This document shows, one piece after another, positions 36,362 through 46,181 of a stretch of 64,000 bases of DNA. Under the pieces are notes generated by a model. It saw only the letters and a list, made by a program, of their open reading frames with translations, made no database searches and was not told the DNA's origin. This DNA comes from a virus. A program made the position numbers and the translations under genes. Positions within the stretch are counted from its first letter, which is position 1. The number at the start of each line of letters is the position of its first letter. Where the stretch lies: IMG/VR virus record IMGVR_UViG_3300035698_006348, positions 22,464-86,463 of that record. One strand, given 5' to 3'.

Positions 36362-39102
36362 TGGCACTAATTGAGAATGTGAATCAAGAGGATTTAATTC
36401 TTTATGAAATATTAAAGCATCCAGTATTATCTGGTGAGTTCCTTCAAAACTTAGATAGACTCGAACATGAAGATATTTTTAAGTTTGAGTGGTATCAGGT
36501 GGATTTTTTAGCTGATTTTGCTAAGCAAGTGTCTATTGCTTGTGGAAGGGCTGTTGGGAAGACAGTTAGTCTAACTAATATGACTATATGGTTACTTATA
36601 AATAAGATTTTCCCAGAAGATTATATAGTATATACAGTTCCAAGTAAGGTTCATTTAGATCCAGTTTTTACATCTCTTACTAGAATGTTTAGAAGTAACT
36701 CTTTATTAAAGAATTTTTTACAGGCAAAGAAAGGGATAAATGGTTCTGATTTTACAATAAACCTTTTAAATGGCACAACACTAATGTGTCGTATAGCTGG
36801 CCAATCTGGAACTGGGGCTAATGTTATTGGTTTACATACACCATTTATAATTCTTGATGAGTGTATTGTTGGTACTCAGCATGTTGCTATGCCAACTTGT
36901 AATAAAACAGCAGATAATGTAAAAGTTGGAGATTCCATATTATCATGGAATGGTGAATCTATTGAAGAGGATAGAGTTATAAATGTTCGCCGTACCAAAA
37001 GAGAGCAAAAAGTTTTAGAGGTTGTATATGATTCTGGGAAAATTAGAGTAGGAGAAAATCATAAAATATATACAGATAATGGATATGTTAAAGCCTCAGA
37101 GTTAGTAGTAGGTGATAATATATACTATACTGAAACTACTAGAAGTAATCTGCCATGGACGAAGAAAGATTATAAAATTTTGGAAAAGAATGTTCAAGTT
37201 GGAATTCGTGTAAAAGAAGTAGCAAAAATACTAAATCGTTCTGAGCAGTCTGTTTTTAGTAAAATAGAGAAAAAATATACTTCTACCCACAATTTATTTT
37301 ATTCTAAGCCCCTAACAGAAAAGCAATTAGATATAATTAGGGGATCATTATTAGGAGATGGGTCTACAGCAATATACACAAAAACTGCATCATACTCTAC
37401 TAATCATAGTTTAAAACAAAAAGAGTACGTTGATTGGTTATATACTGAATTGAAATCAATTACTAGATGTAAACCACGAATTTATAAAAATGGTGGCTAT
37501 GGTGAATATAACTATGCCTTTTCAACGCTAGGTCATCCAGAGATTTTTGATATTGTTTCAAAATTATACATAAATGGTAAAAAGACAGTTACACGAGAGT
37601 ATTTAGATAAATTATCAAAATTAGCATTGGCTGTATGGTGGATGGATGATGGATCAAATAGTGGTGTATTGTCTTCACATTCTTTCTCAAAAGAAGAAAA
37701 TGAAATTGTAATTGAGTGGATGAAGGATACTTTTTCAATAAATTGTAAATTATATAAAGATAAAAAAAGAAACTTATATTTTATAATATTTCCTGCAAAA
37801 TCTAAAAGAGAACTAAATAAGCTTTTAGCCCCCTATATGCATAAGGCTATGAAATATAAAGTAGGTATAGGGAAATATAATAATGAATATACCTTACCAA
37901 ATATTGAACTTATTGGTAAAGGCGAAGATAATAAATCATTAGTAAAAAAAGTAGTACTTAATATTAGAGAGGTAAATACAAGGGCTGCTTATCTTTATAA
38001 CTTTGAAGTTGAAAAGAATCATAACTATTTTGTAAATGGTATTCTTACTAAAAATTCTGGTTACTACCCCTGGGGCACATGGTTAGAGTTACAACCAACA
38101 CGTAATACTTGGACACCTGGAAGTAGGATTATTACATCAGGAGTTCCAACAGGTTTACGGGAATCAAATGTTCTGTATAATACAGACATGGTAGATGGGG
38201 GATATATGAAACATAGAATAAGTGCATATGATAACCCACGATTTACAAAAGAAGACGAAGAAAATGCCATAGCTCAATATGGTGGAAAAGATGGTGAGGA
38301 TTTTACTCACTTTATTATGGGTAGGCATGGTAAACCATTATATTCATTATTTGACAGATCCTTATTTAAGGTTGAACCCTATCCAGTATACAAACTGAAG
38401 ATAAATGGTCTAAAAATGACAGGGGATATTGCTGAGTATCTTACAAGAATAAGAACAATTCCAAATACTGATGAAGGTGTTGAAACAATTATTGGAATTG
38501 ACTTAGGTTATACTGAACCGACAGCTATTGTTGTAATGTATAAAAATAAGAAAGGCAGATTTAAATTTCATTGTAGAATAGAATTGAAGAAAGTTCCATA
38601 TCCTATACAAGAGATTATAATAGATTTACTAGATACAAAGTTTGCTCCTTTTAAAATAGGAATTGATAAAGGTAGTTCAGGTATTTCAGTAATCCAGAAC
38701 CTAACTAGTAATTTAAAATATGGTCATAAAAATTATGAAGATATTATTGTACCAGTTGATTTCTCATCTTCAATAGTAATTGGTTTAGATGCAGATGGTG
38801 CAGAAATAAAATCAAAGACAAAGCCATTCTCTACTTCAATTTTACAAGATTACTCAAATAATCATAAAATAGTTTATTCGTCAACAGATTTGGAAATGAT
38901 AACTGAACTTGAACGAATGTCATATACTAAAACCCCATCTGGTGATATTGTATATAAAACTTTAACCCAAAGAGGTGGGACACGGGGAGAAGATCACTTT
39001 ACTGCTGCTATGCTTTGTTTTTCATTATCAAATTATTTGTATACAGATTATATAAATATGCGAAGAACTAGAAAATTAGCAGCCCCAACATGGATACGTT
39101 AA
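36361..39102 (+). CDS. terminase large subunit, intein-containing
   Basis: Walker A GRAVGKT, Walker B IILDE, C-terminal nuclease IGIDLG..., GEDH; precedes portal. Confidence 0.88.
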   Translation: MALIENVNQEDLILYEILKHPVLSGEFLQNLDRLEHEDIFKFEWYQVDFLADFAKQVSIACGRAVGKTVSLTNMTIWLLINKIFPEDYIVYTVPSKVHLDPVFTSLTRMFRSNSLLKNFLQAKKGINGSDFTINLLNGTTLMCRIAGQSGTGANVIGLHTPFIILDECIVGTQHVAMPTCNKTADNVKVGDSILSWNGESIEEDRVINVRRTKREQKVLEVVYDSGKIRVGENHKIYTDNGYVKASELVVGDNIYYTETTRSNLPWTKKDYKILEKNVQVGIRVKEVAKILNRSEQSVFSKIEKKYTSTHNLFYSKPLTEKQLDIIRGSLLGDGSTAIYTKTASYSTNHSLKQKEYVDWLYTELKSITRCKPRIYKNGGYGEYNYAFSTLGHPEIFDIVSKLYINGKKTVTREYLDKLSKLALAVWWMDDGSNSGVLSSHSFSKEENEIVIEWMKDTFSINCKLYKDKKRNLYFIIFPAKSKRELNKLLAPYMHKAMKYKVGIGKYNNEYTLPNIELIGKGEDNKSLVKKVVLNIREVNTRAAYLYNFEVEKNHNYFVNGILTKNSGYYPWGTWLELQPTRNTWTPGSRIITSGVPTGLRESNVLYNTDMVDGGYMKHRISAYDNPRFTKEDEENAIAQYGGKDGEDFTHFIMGRHGKPLYSLFDRSLFKVEPYPVYKLKINGLKMTGDIAEYLTRIRTIPNTDEGVETIIGIDLGYTEPTAIVVMYKNKKGRFKFHCRIELKKVPYPIQEIIIDLLDTKFAPFKIGIDKGSSGISVIQNLTSNLKYGHKNYEDIIVPVDFSSSIVIGLDADGAEIKSKTKPFSTSILQDYSNNHKIVYSSTDLEMITELERMSYTKTPSGDIVYKTLTQRGGTRGEDHFTAAMLCFSLSNYLYTDYINMRRTRKLAAPTWIR
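36862..38055 (+). mobile_element. intein with LAGLIDADG homing endonuclease (398 aa) in TerL
   Basis: Starts CIVGTQ right after Walker B DE; block B GENHKI; GSLLGDG and WWMDDG motifs; ends LYNFEV..NHNYFVNGILTKN then Ser(+1). Confidence 0.92.
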
Positions 39103-39104
39103 TT

Positions 39105-40610
39105 ATGCCTGAAAAAACAAAAGATGTTACTCCAGAAGAGGTTACACAGAAACTAGCTTTAGCTAGTAGTCTTAGTATATACCCCTCTGGCACTGCTGCA
39201 CCGTGGTCACCTACAGATGTAGATAAAATGGATGTAGCTGATGTAGATACTCACTTTTCAAAAGTAGTATCTATGTGTAAGTTTTTCTATAAAAGAGACC
39301 CATTAGCCTCAACTGTTATTAATAAGGTAGTTGATATAGCTATAAGTAATCTAATATTTGATAAAAATGATTTAAACGATAATGAGTTTAAAATCTATAC
39401 TTCTATAAGAACAGAACTTACAGAGTTTGCAGAAGCAATGGCACTTGAATTTCTATTATCTGGGCTTGTTGTTCCAGAGATAAGTTATAGCAAGGTTTTA
39501 AAAGAAAAGTTACAGATGTTTGGTATTAAAAAATACACAAATCTTACATTACCTGTAACAATGTGGCTAAGAAATCCTAGTGATATAGCAATAAAACAAT
39601 CCTTATTTTCTGATAAACCTTCTTACTATCTGCATATTTCCGATGCTATTATATATTTCCTACAGCATGAAGGGAGATATTCAGATGGCATGGTGGATAC
39701 AAAACTGTATAGAGAAATTCTTGTTTTATATCCTGAGTTTGTAGCTGCTGTTCTTAGAGGAGAAAAATACATATTATTAGAAAACGAACTAATATTTAGA
39801 CGTAGACCAACAACTGATTCACCTTATCCATTACCTTTCTTATATCCATCTCTTGAGGCTATGAAACATAAACGTAATTTACGTAGAATGGATTATTCTA
39901 TTGCATCTAGAGTTATTAGTGCTATTATGCTATTCAAGCTTGGATCAGATGAGTTTCCTATAACTGCTGATAATAGTGAAGATTTTGAAGCAATTAAAAA
40001 TCAAATGGCATGGAGAGATACTCAAGGAAGAGATATAGAACGCATCTTCCAATTGTTTGCAAACCATACATTGGCTATTGAGTGGATATATCCTCCAACT
40101 GAGGCATTACTAAATGATATAAAGTATATAAATATAAATCAAGACATTATTTTTGGTATGGGATTTCCAAGGATTCTTATAACAGGTGAGTCTGAAAGAA
40201 GTAATTCATCCAACCCAGAGTATGCACTTATGGGTCCAATTAAGACAATGGAGAATATGCGTAGAAAGCTAGAAGTTATTCTTAATAAGATTCTATATAA
40301 AATTAAAACTATGAATGGTCTAAAAGGTACTCCTGGTGTACATTTCTCAGAAATGAATTTAGTTAGTTTTGAGGTCTTTATCTCTGGGTTATCAGAATTA
40401 TATACAACAGGTAACTTATCTAGAGAAGCTTACGCAGAAGCTTTTGGATATAATTGGAATGATGAAATTCAGAAACGAATTGATGAGCAGGCTATTATTG
40501 AAGATTCAGGAATACCCGAGTTTGCACCTGTGCCTCATTCACAGAATCCAGAGAGTACAACTGAGCCTATGGTGAAACCTGTGAAAAAGGATGAAAATAC
40601 TAAGAAATAA
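39105..40610 (+). CDS. portal protein
   Basis: About 500 aa directly after TerL and before protease/scaffold; portal-like helical pattern. Confidence 0.75.
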   Translation: MPEKTKDVTPEEVTQKLALASSLSIYPSGTAAPWSPTDVDKMDVADVDTHFSKVVSMCKFFYKRDPLASTVINKVVDIAISNLIFDKNDLNDNEFKIYTSIRTELTEFAEAMALEFLLSGLVVPEISYSKVLKEKLQMFGIKKYTNLTLPVTMWLRNPSDIAIKQSLFSDKPSYYLHISDAIIYFLQHEGRYSDGMVDTKLYREILVLYPEFVAAVLRGEKYILLENELIFRRRPTTDSPYPLPFLYPSLEAMKHKRNLRRMDYSIASRVISAIMLFKLGSDEFPITADNSEDFEAIKNQMAWRDTQGRDIERIFQLFANHTLAIEWIYPPTEALLNDIKYININQDIIFGMGFPRILITGESERSNSSNPEYALMGPIKTMENMRRKLEVILNKILYKIKTMNGLKGTPGVHFSEMNLVSFEVFISGLSELYTTGNLSREAYAEAFGYNWNDEIQKRIDEQAIIEDSGIPEFAPVPHSQNPESTTEPMVKPVKKDENTKK

Positions 40611-40706
40611 GTAAATTATACATAACTTTATATGTTTTTCACTAAAATGGTGTATAATTATAATGAATCTAGGTATGGAAACAACCCTTACCTAAGAGGG
40701 ATGTCT

Positions 40707-41711
40707 ATGAAGAAAACTGTTGTATTGACAACAAATTTAAGATCATTGACAAGTAATGATCTTAAGAAAGAAACCTTTGCGTCTATAGTTGAAAAAGATA
40801 CCCGTCCTATTACGTGGGCAACATTTATCCTTACGGATGATATCCCAAATGGGAATAAGCAACGTGTTCCAAAAGATGAGTTTGCTAACCTAATTAGTAC
40901 TGGTGTTTTTATGCCTGTGAAAATGAAGCGTGGTGAAATTGCCAGAGGACATAAAGATTCTGAGCCTCTTGGTGTTATCTCCCATTTACTAGAAGAAAAA
41001 AACCAGGTATATGGTTTAGCTGCTTTATGGGATAAAGAACGCCCAGAAGATATTGAGCACCTAAAAAAATTATTTGACGAGGATGGTAGTTTACAACTTT
41101 CATGGGAAATTTCCTATGAAAAAGAGGAAGCGTCTGCCGAATATGAAGGTGTTACTGATTTACATGATTTAACTTTGAATGCTGTCACACTTGTCGGAAT
41201 GCCGGCATATAAGGGCAGAACACCGATTACGGCATTAGCATCAGAAGATCAGGAGGATATTTTGGACGAATTGAAAGTATTACAGGGAAAATATGATGAG
41301 CTTGAAACTAAGTACAATAAGCTTGTTTCAGAGGCATCTACTAAAGAAGCTTCTTTAGCAACTACAGAAGCAGAACTTGTTGTATTACGTGAGTTTAAAG
41401 CTGGTATTGATGAAGAAAACGAAAAGGCTGAAAAGTTAGCTGCAATCAAAGTTAAATTTGAAGAAGCTTCTCTTGAGCGTGGTACTGAGTTTTTCGATGA
41501 AAAAGCCGATTTACTTTTATCATTTACTGATGAAGGTTTAGGGTTCTTCATTAAAGAACTTGAAGCTAGTTTAAAGCCTGATGAAGATGAAGAGAAGAAA
41601 GATACAAAGGCGGGTTTGAAAATTCCTAATGTAAGTTCTCAAACTAAGACTGGCTTAACCCCACAGGAACTAGCAGAAGTTTTACGTAAAAATAGAAACA
41701 AATCAGAGTAA
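40707..41711 (+). CDS. prohead protease-scaffold fusion
   Basis: N-terminal protease-like domain (PNGN..., H...PLG, LSWEI, PAY.GR) followed by acidic coiled-coil. Confidence 0.7.
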   Translation: MKKTVVLTTNLRSLTSNDLKKETFASIVEKDTRPITWATFILTDDIPNGNKQRVPKDEFANLISTGVFMPVKMKRGEIARGHKDSEPLGVISHLLEEKNQVYGLAALWDKERPEDIEHLKKLFDEDGSLQLSWEISYEKEEASAEYEGVTDLHDLTLNAVTLVGMPAYKGRTPITALASEDQEDILDELKVLQGKYDELETKYNKLVSEASTKEASLATTEAELVVLREFKAGIDEENEKAEKLAAIKVKFEEASLERGTEFFDEKADLLLSFTDEGLGFFIKELEASLKPDEDEEKKDTKAGLKIPNVSSQTKTGLTPQELAEVLRKNRNKSE

Positions 41712-41723
41712 GGAGGTATTATT

Positions 41724-42296
41724 TTGGAAATTAATCAGACCAATGGATTAATCACTGGTGTTATTTTAACAGCAGATACTGTAGAGGGTAGATTCGGTGT
41801 AATGACTTCCCATGAGTGGGACTACGATTGGGGTAGCAAGACTGATTTACCAGGTTTTAAAATTCCAGCAACAGCTGCGGAAGCTAGTGATGCTAGATAT
41901 GTAATTACGTGGGCTACCGATAATCGGCCATACCCAGCTGCATTACCTATCCCTGCATATACATTTGCTTTAAGACAGGGTTACGGGACTGCTACTAATG
42001 CTCCGTTCTCTGCTACTGTTTATCTTACTAATCCGGGAAATCAAGAAGGTGGAACGATTCCATCAGGTAATGGTGCTTTGGCTTTTGGACGTGGTGTTTA
42101 TACACTCCCATCTGGTGCGTATATCAATCACGCTAGCATTACTGATCCCGGTGCTCTTATCCAAATCGCAAATACAGCAGAAGATACCACAGATGCTGGT
42201 AAAGCCAAATATCTTGGAACTTATAGCTACCGTAAGGTAGGTAAAGTTAGAGAATATGATTCATCTACTGGTGCACTGACTGTAGAATTGGACTAA
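41724..42296 (+). CDS. capsid decoration/cement protein
   Basis: AGGAGG+TTG; beta-rich 190 aa between scaffold and capsid gene. Confidence 0.55.
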   Translation: MEINQTNGLITGVILTADTVEGRFGVMTSHEWDYDWGSKTDLPGFKIPATAAEASDARYVITWATDNRPYPAALPIPAYTFALRQGYGTATNAPFSATVYLTNPGNQEGGTIPSGNGALAFGRGVYTLPSGAYINHASITDPGALIQIANTAEDTTDAGKAKYLGTYSYRKVGKVREYDSSTGALTVELD

Positions 42297-42313
42297 TAGG
42301 AGGTTTAACATAA

Positions 42314-43225
42314 ATGGAAGAACTTAAAGTCAAGGAAAAAGAAGCTATAGCAGGTTTGATGGCAGATTCTGGCAACCGTGATGCTTTCGCGGAAATGCTT
42401 ATTGAATATATCCAGCCAAACCACGTTGCTACGGATTACATGAGTCTCTTAATGGATACTCGCAGTTTAAAACCTGGCGATTCATTAGTTAAGAAAATCA
42501 GAAAAGGAATCAAAGTTCGTACTTGGGTTCCTGGTTCTATCGGACTAAAATCAGAAATTACAGTGTCTGATCGTATCAATTACATTCTCGATGGTGCAGA
42601 AGTTGGCGTAATTGCCAATGAATGGGAACTAGAGAGTGGTGAAATTGGTTCTGTCGAGAGCATTCGTAATGAAGCTCAACTGAAACTTCGTGATTATTTT
42701 ATGAATAAAGTATTTACACTGCTCACTACAGTTTGGACAGCTGGGAATACTCCAAATAACTACACTGATGTTGGTGGAAGCGTTACTGCGACAGCTTTGA
42801 AAAATATGATTGATCGCATTAATCAAACCACCTCTGGTGTAAAAGCCATTGTAGGTACTAGAGCTGCTCTAACTCCTATTACCGCATTTGGTGCTTCTTG
42901 GAGTGATGGCTCATCTAACCTTATTGTTCCTGAGAATATTTCTGAGATTATGTCAACAGGCTTTTTAGGTAAATATTACGGAGCACCTATTATTGCCTTA
43001 GCACAGACCTATGATAATCCAGAAGACCATAATACTCAGTTGCCAACTGATAAGATTCTTGTTATTGGTGAGAAAGTTGGTGAGTTTGTTACTTTTGGTG
43101 AAGCACGCTCTAAAGAATGGACTGACTATCAGCCAACTCCCCCATATTGGCATATGGATATTGTACAACAGTTCGGTTTGATCGTTGACAATGCAGAAGG
43201 TATTGGCGTTTTAGCAGTAGAGTAA
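42314..43225 (+). CDS. major capsid protein (HK97 fold)
   Basis: Strong AGGAGG RBS, 303 aa, G.LGKYYGAPII motif, synteny, downstream hairpin. Confidence 0.8.
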   Translation: MEELKVKEKEAIAGLMADSGNRDAFAEMLIEYIQPNHVATDYMSLLMDTRSLKPGDSLVKKIRKGIKVRTWVPGSIGLKSEITVSDRINYILDGAEVGVIANEWELESGEIGSVESIRNEAQLKLRDYFMNKVFTLLTTVWTAGNTPNNYTDVGGSVTATALKNMIDRINQTTSGVKAIVGTRAALTPITAFGASWSDGSSNLIVPENISEIMSTGFLGKYYGAPIIALAQTYDNPEDHNTQLPTDKILVIGEKVGEFVTFGEARSKEWTDYQPTPPYWHMDIVQQFGLIVDNAEGIGVLAVE

Positions 43226-43236
43226 GATTTAATATA

Positions 43237-43267
43237 CTATGGAGTGTGGATAAACCACACTCCATAG
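43237..43267 (+). terminator. 13-bp hairpin after major capsid gene (terminator or mRNA stabiliser)
   Basis: CTATGGAGTGTGG-ATAAA-CCACACTCCATAG; lacks a clear U-tract. Confidence 0.6.
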
Positions 43268-43294
43268 ACATTATAAAAAATGGAGAGGTTTGGA

Positions 43295-43792
43295 ATGATT
43301 AATAAAAATCAAAAGCTATATTCTGATATGCAGACAATTACACCGTTCGCTACTTACAAAAAAACTATCTTAGGGAAAGTACATATTACTGTACTCTCTC
43401 CTTTTAGTGGTGAACCAGAAGGTATTATCTTAGTTACATCTAAGAGAAATCCAGATGACATTTTTGTTGACGTTTGGTCTGAACGTGAAGATATGTTTTT
43501 TAAAAAACGAAACAAGTATCATTTAGAAGTTGGTAATATTATCAAAGTAGAAAGAGATACTGTAGAGGAAGAACATACTATTGAGCAATATTCAGACGAG
43601 GAGTTAACAAAGGTTCTTAGTAAACATTATGCGTCTCTGCAAAAGATTTTACGTGAAACAGACTCAGAAGCTGTTGTTTACAGATTACTTGTCTTAGCAA
43701 AAGAATTGGATAAAACAGCTAAGGTTGTTGCATCACTTGAAACAAGATTATCTGAACTTCAATTAAAGGGGTTGACAGGTAATAAGGAGTAA
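43295..43792 (+). CDS. hypothetical protein (head module)
   Basis: GGAGAGG RBS, follows MCP. Confidence 0.65.
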   Translation: MINKNQKLYSDMQTITPFATYKKTILGKVHITVLSPFSGEPEGIILVTSKRNPDDIFVDVWSEREDMFFKKRNKYHLEVGNIIKVERDTVEEEHTIEQYSDEELTKVLSKHYASLQKILRETDSEAVVYRLLVLAKELDKTAKVVASLETRLSELQLKGLTGNKE

Positions 43793-43793
43793 A

Positions 43794-44297
43794 ATGAGTT
43801 CTATTAGTTTATCGTATTTACTTCCATATTTACGACTTACACTAGGAGATACTACAGAAGCATCTTATAGATATACAGATGTCTGGTTACAAGTAGCTTT
43901 AGATTACAGTGTTACAGCTTTGAGTCCTTGGTGGAATAACAGATATCTAACAGATGCTACTAGTAAAGAAGTATCAAGAAATCCATACAATACTTTTAGT
44001 TTAGCATCTCCACCTATTTTAGAAGCTGGGGATGAACGACCAATAGTACTCATGGCTGCAATAATTACATTAGAGGGCAGTCTAGAAAACAGTGCATGGA
44101 ATATTGGAAGTTGGAAAGACGCAGAAATATCCTTTAGTAATATTGAGTCTGGAAGAATAAGAAATGATAGGCTAAAGAGATTATGGGAAGAATTGTTAGC
44201 TACTCTTACCCCTCCAGGAAAGAGATTAGCTAGAGCATTGAAGAGTTCATTGCCAGGATATAAAGGTAATACTTACGAGAGAGATACTGAATTATAA
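43794..44297 (+). CDS. head-tail adaptor protein
   Basis: LRLTLGDT....YTD..L pattern and position. Confidence 0.6.
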   Translation: MSSISLSYLLPYLRLTLGDTTEASYRYTDVWLQVALDYSVTALSPWWNNRYLTDATSKEVSRNPYNTFSLASPPILEAGDERPIVLMAAIITLEGSLENSAWNIGSWKDAEISFSNIESGRIRNDRLKRLWEELLATLTPPGKRLARALKSSLPGYKGNTYERDTEL

Positions 44298-44311
44298 ACA
44301 AGGAGAAAAAG

Positions 44312-45505
44312 ATGGGAAAGGAAAAAACAAATTTGTTAGTTATAGGTGATGGCGTTACACCTACTGGATTTTCAAGGGTATTACATTCAACACTAGATAA
44401 TTTTGATTTAGAAAAATTTAATATTAGTTGGTTAGCCGTAAATTTTTATGGTGATCCACATAGCTATCCATACGCTATTTACCCAGCAAGGAATATTAGC
44501 AATGGTGATGTATATGGCATCTCAAAAGTAGAGGATGTTTGTAATATAGAGCAACCAGATATTATCTTTATACTTAATGATATTTGGGTTATAAAAGAAT
44601 ACCTAAATGCTATAAAAAATGCTTATGTTGATAAACAGTTACCTAAGATTTTTATCTATTTTCCAGTAGATGCAACAGACCATGATAGACGTTGGTATAG
44701 TGAATTAGATATTGTTACAAAAGTTTATACCTATACAGAGTTTGCCAGAGAGGTCGCAAATAAAGCACACCCTGGTTTAGACATTGATATTCTTCCTCAT
44801 GGCACAGAGCATACTACATTCTATAAACTCCCAGAATCAAAGATTGAAGTAAGAAAACAGCTATTTCCAAAAGCTCCACATTTGCATACAGAAGATGTTT
44901 TTATTATTCTAAATGCAAATAGAAATCAACCAAGAAAACGAGTTGATATAACTATGCGGGCTTTTGCTGATTTTGCTAAAGATAAAGGAAAAGATGTTTA
45001 CCTTTACTTACATATGGGGCTTGTTGACCAACATATAAATGTTGTACATATGGCAGAAATGTTGGGGATAGATAATAGATTAATTATTTCTAATAATTCT
45101 GGTGGTACACAAAGAGTAACAGACACTAAGTTAAATCTAATTTATAATGCTACAGATATAGGCGTAAATACTTCATTAGGAGAAGGTTGGGGACTAGTGA
45201 ATGTAGAACACGCTCTAACTGGAGCACCACAAATTGTGGGAAACTTCTCAGCTACAAAAGAACTTTTCAATGATTGTGGTATAGTTGTAGATTCATTGAC
45301 ACCTTATACTCAATCGAATATTTGTACTACTGGGCAGTTTATGGATTACTTAGATGTTTCAAAAGCATTTAATACATTATATAATAATAGGGAGCTTCTT
45401 AAAGATTTATCAGAGAAAGCACTTATAAAGTTTACCCAAGAGAAATACTCTTGGAAAACAATTGCTAATAAATTATCAACAGATATGTTGAGGTCTTTAA
45501 AATAA
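44312..45505 (+). CDS. GT4 family glycosyltransferase
   Basis: GDGVTPTGFSRV, NANRNQPRKRVD, YNATDIGVNTSLGEGWGL..VEH. Confidence 0.88.
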   Translation: MGKEKTNLLVIGDGVTPTGFSRVLHSTLDNFDLEKFNISWLAVNFYGDPHSYPYAIYPARNISNGDVYGISKVEDVCNIEQPDIIFILNDIWVIKEYLNAIKNAYVDKQLPKIFIYFPVDATDHDRRWYSELDIVTKVYTYTEFAREVANKAHPGLDIDILPHGTEHTTFYKLPESKIEVRKQLFPKAPHLHTEDVFIILNANRNQPRKRVDITMRAFADFAKDKGKDVYLYLHMGLVDQHINVVHMAEMLGIDNRLIISNNSGGTQRVTDTKLNLIYNATDIGVNTSLGEGWGLVNVEHALTGAPQIVGNFSATKELFNDCGIVVDSLTPYTQSNICTTGQFMDYLDVSKAFNTLYNNRELLKDLSEKALIKFTQEKYSWKTIANKLSTDMLRSLK

Positions 45506-45949
45506 ATGTTTGAATTCACTTTTCCATCAGATACAAGGGAAGTAATAAACAGTATACGAGGAGCAATTGGAAGAGATGTTTCATTTCTAAGTAAACAAAC
45601 AACTGCTTGCTCTGGCTGTTCGTTAGACCCGTCAACAAACACAAGTGTAAACCCGTTTTGTCCTGTGTGTGATGGATATGGATATATAATTACTTATTCA
45701 GGCACAACACTGAGTGGTCATGTTTTATGGGGGAAATCTGAAGAAACAAAGTGGGAAACTGGCGGAGTATATCCAGAAGGGGATTGTAGAGTACAGATAG
45801 AACATACAAATGCATCGGTAACCGTTGTAGATAATGCATCTTATGTTAGTATAGATGATAGAAGGCTAAGAATAACAAAAGTTATTTTAAGAGGTGTTCC
45901 AGATATCAATAGAATTCTAATTGATCTAATGGAAGAAGAAGAGGAGTAA
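45506..45949 (+). CDS. head closure protein with Zn motif
   Basis: Position in neck module; CSGC...CPVCDGYG. Confidence 0.55.
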   Translation: MFEFTFPSDTREVINSIRGAIGRDVSFLSKQTTACSGCSLDPSTNTSVNPFCPVCDGYGYIITYSGTTLSGHVLWGKSEETKWETGGVYPEGDCRVQIEHTNASVTVVDNASYVSIDDRRLRITKVILRGVPDINRILIDLMEEEEE

Positions 45950-45953
45950 TATA

Positions 45954-46178
45954 ATGAGTGGTGAAATAATACAAGGATTGGATGTTGTTGACTTACTTGG
46001 ATTTGTTCAACGAAAAAATAAAACATTTCAGGCTATTCTTCTGTATGATTTGGAAGAACTGCTTGGTAAAGATAGCCCAGAATTTAAGGCAGCTAGAAAG
46101 CTTGTTCTAGACAGTTACAATAACTATACTAGATCATTGTTACGAATTATATTCGGAGATTCATTTGAGAGTTTTTAA
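45954..46178 (+). CDS. hypothetical protein
   Basis: GAGGAG RBS, 74 aa. Confidence 0.6.
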   Translation: MSGEIIQGLDVVDLLGFVQRKNKTFQAILLYDLEELLGKDSPEFKAARKLVLDSYNNYTRSLLRIIFGDSFESF

Positions 46179-46181
46179 CCC

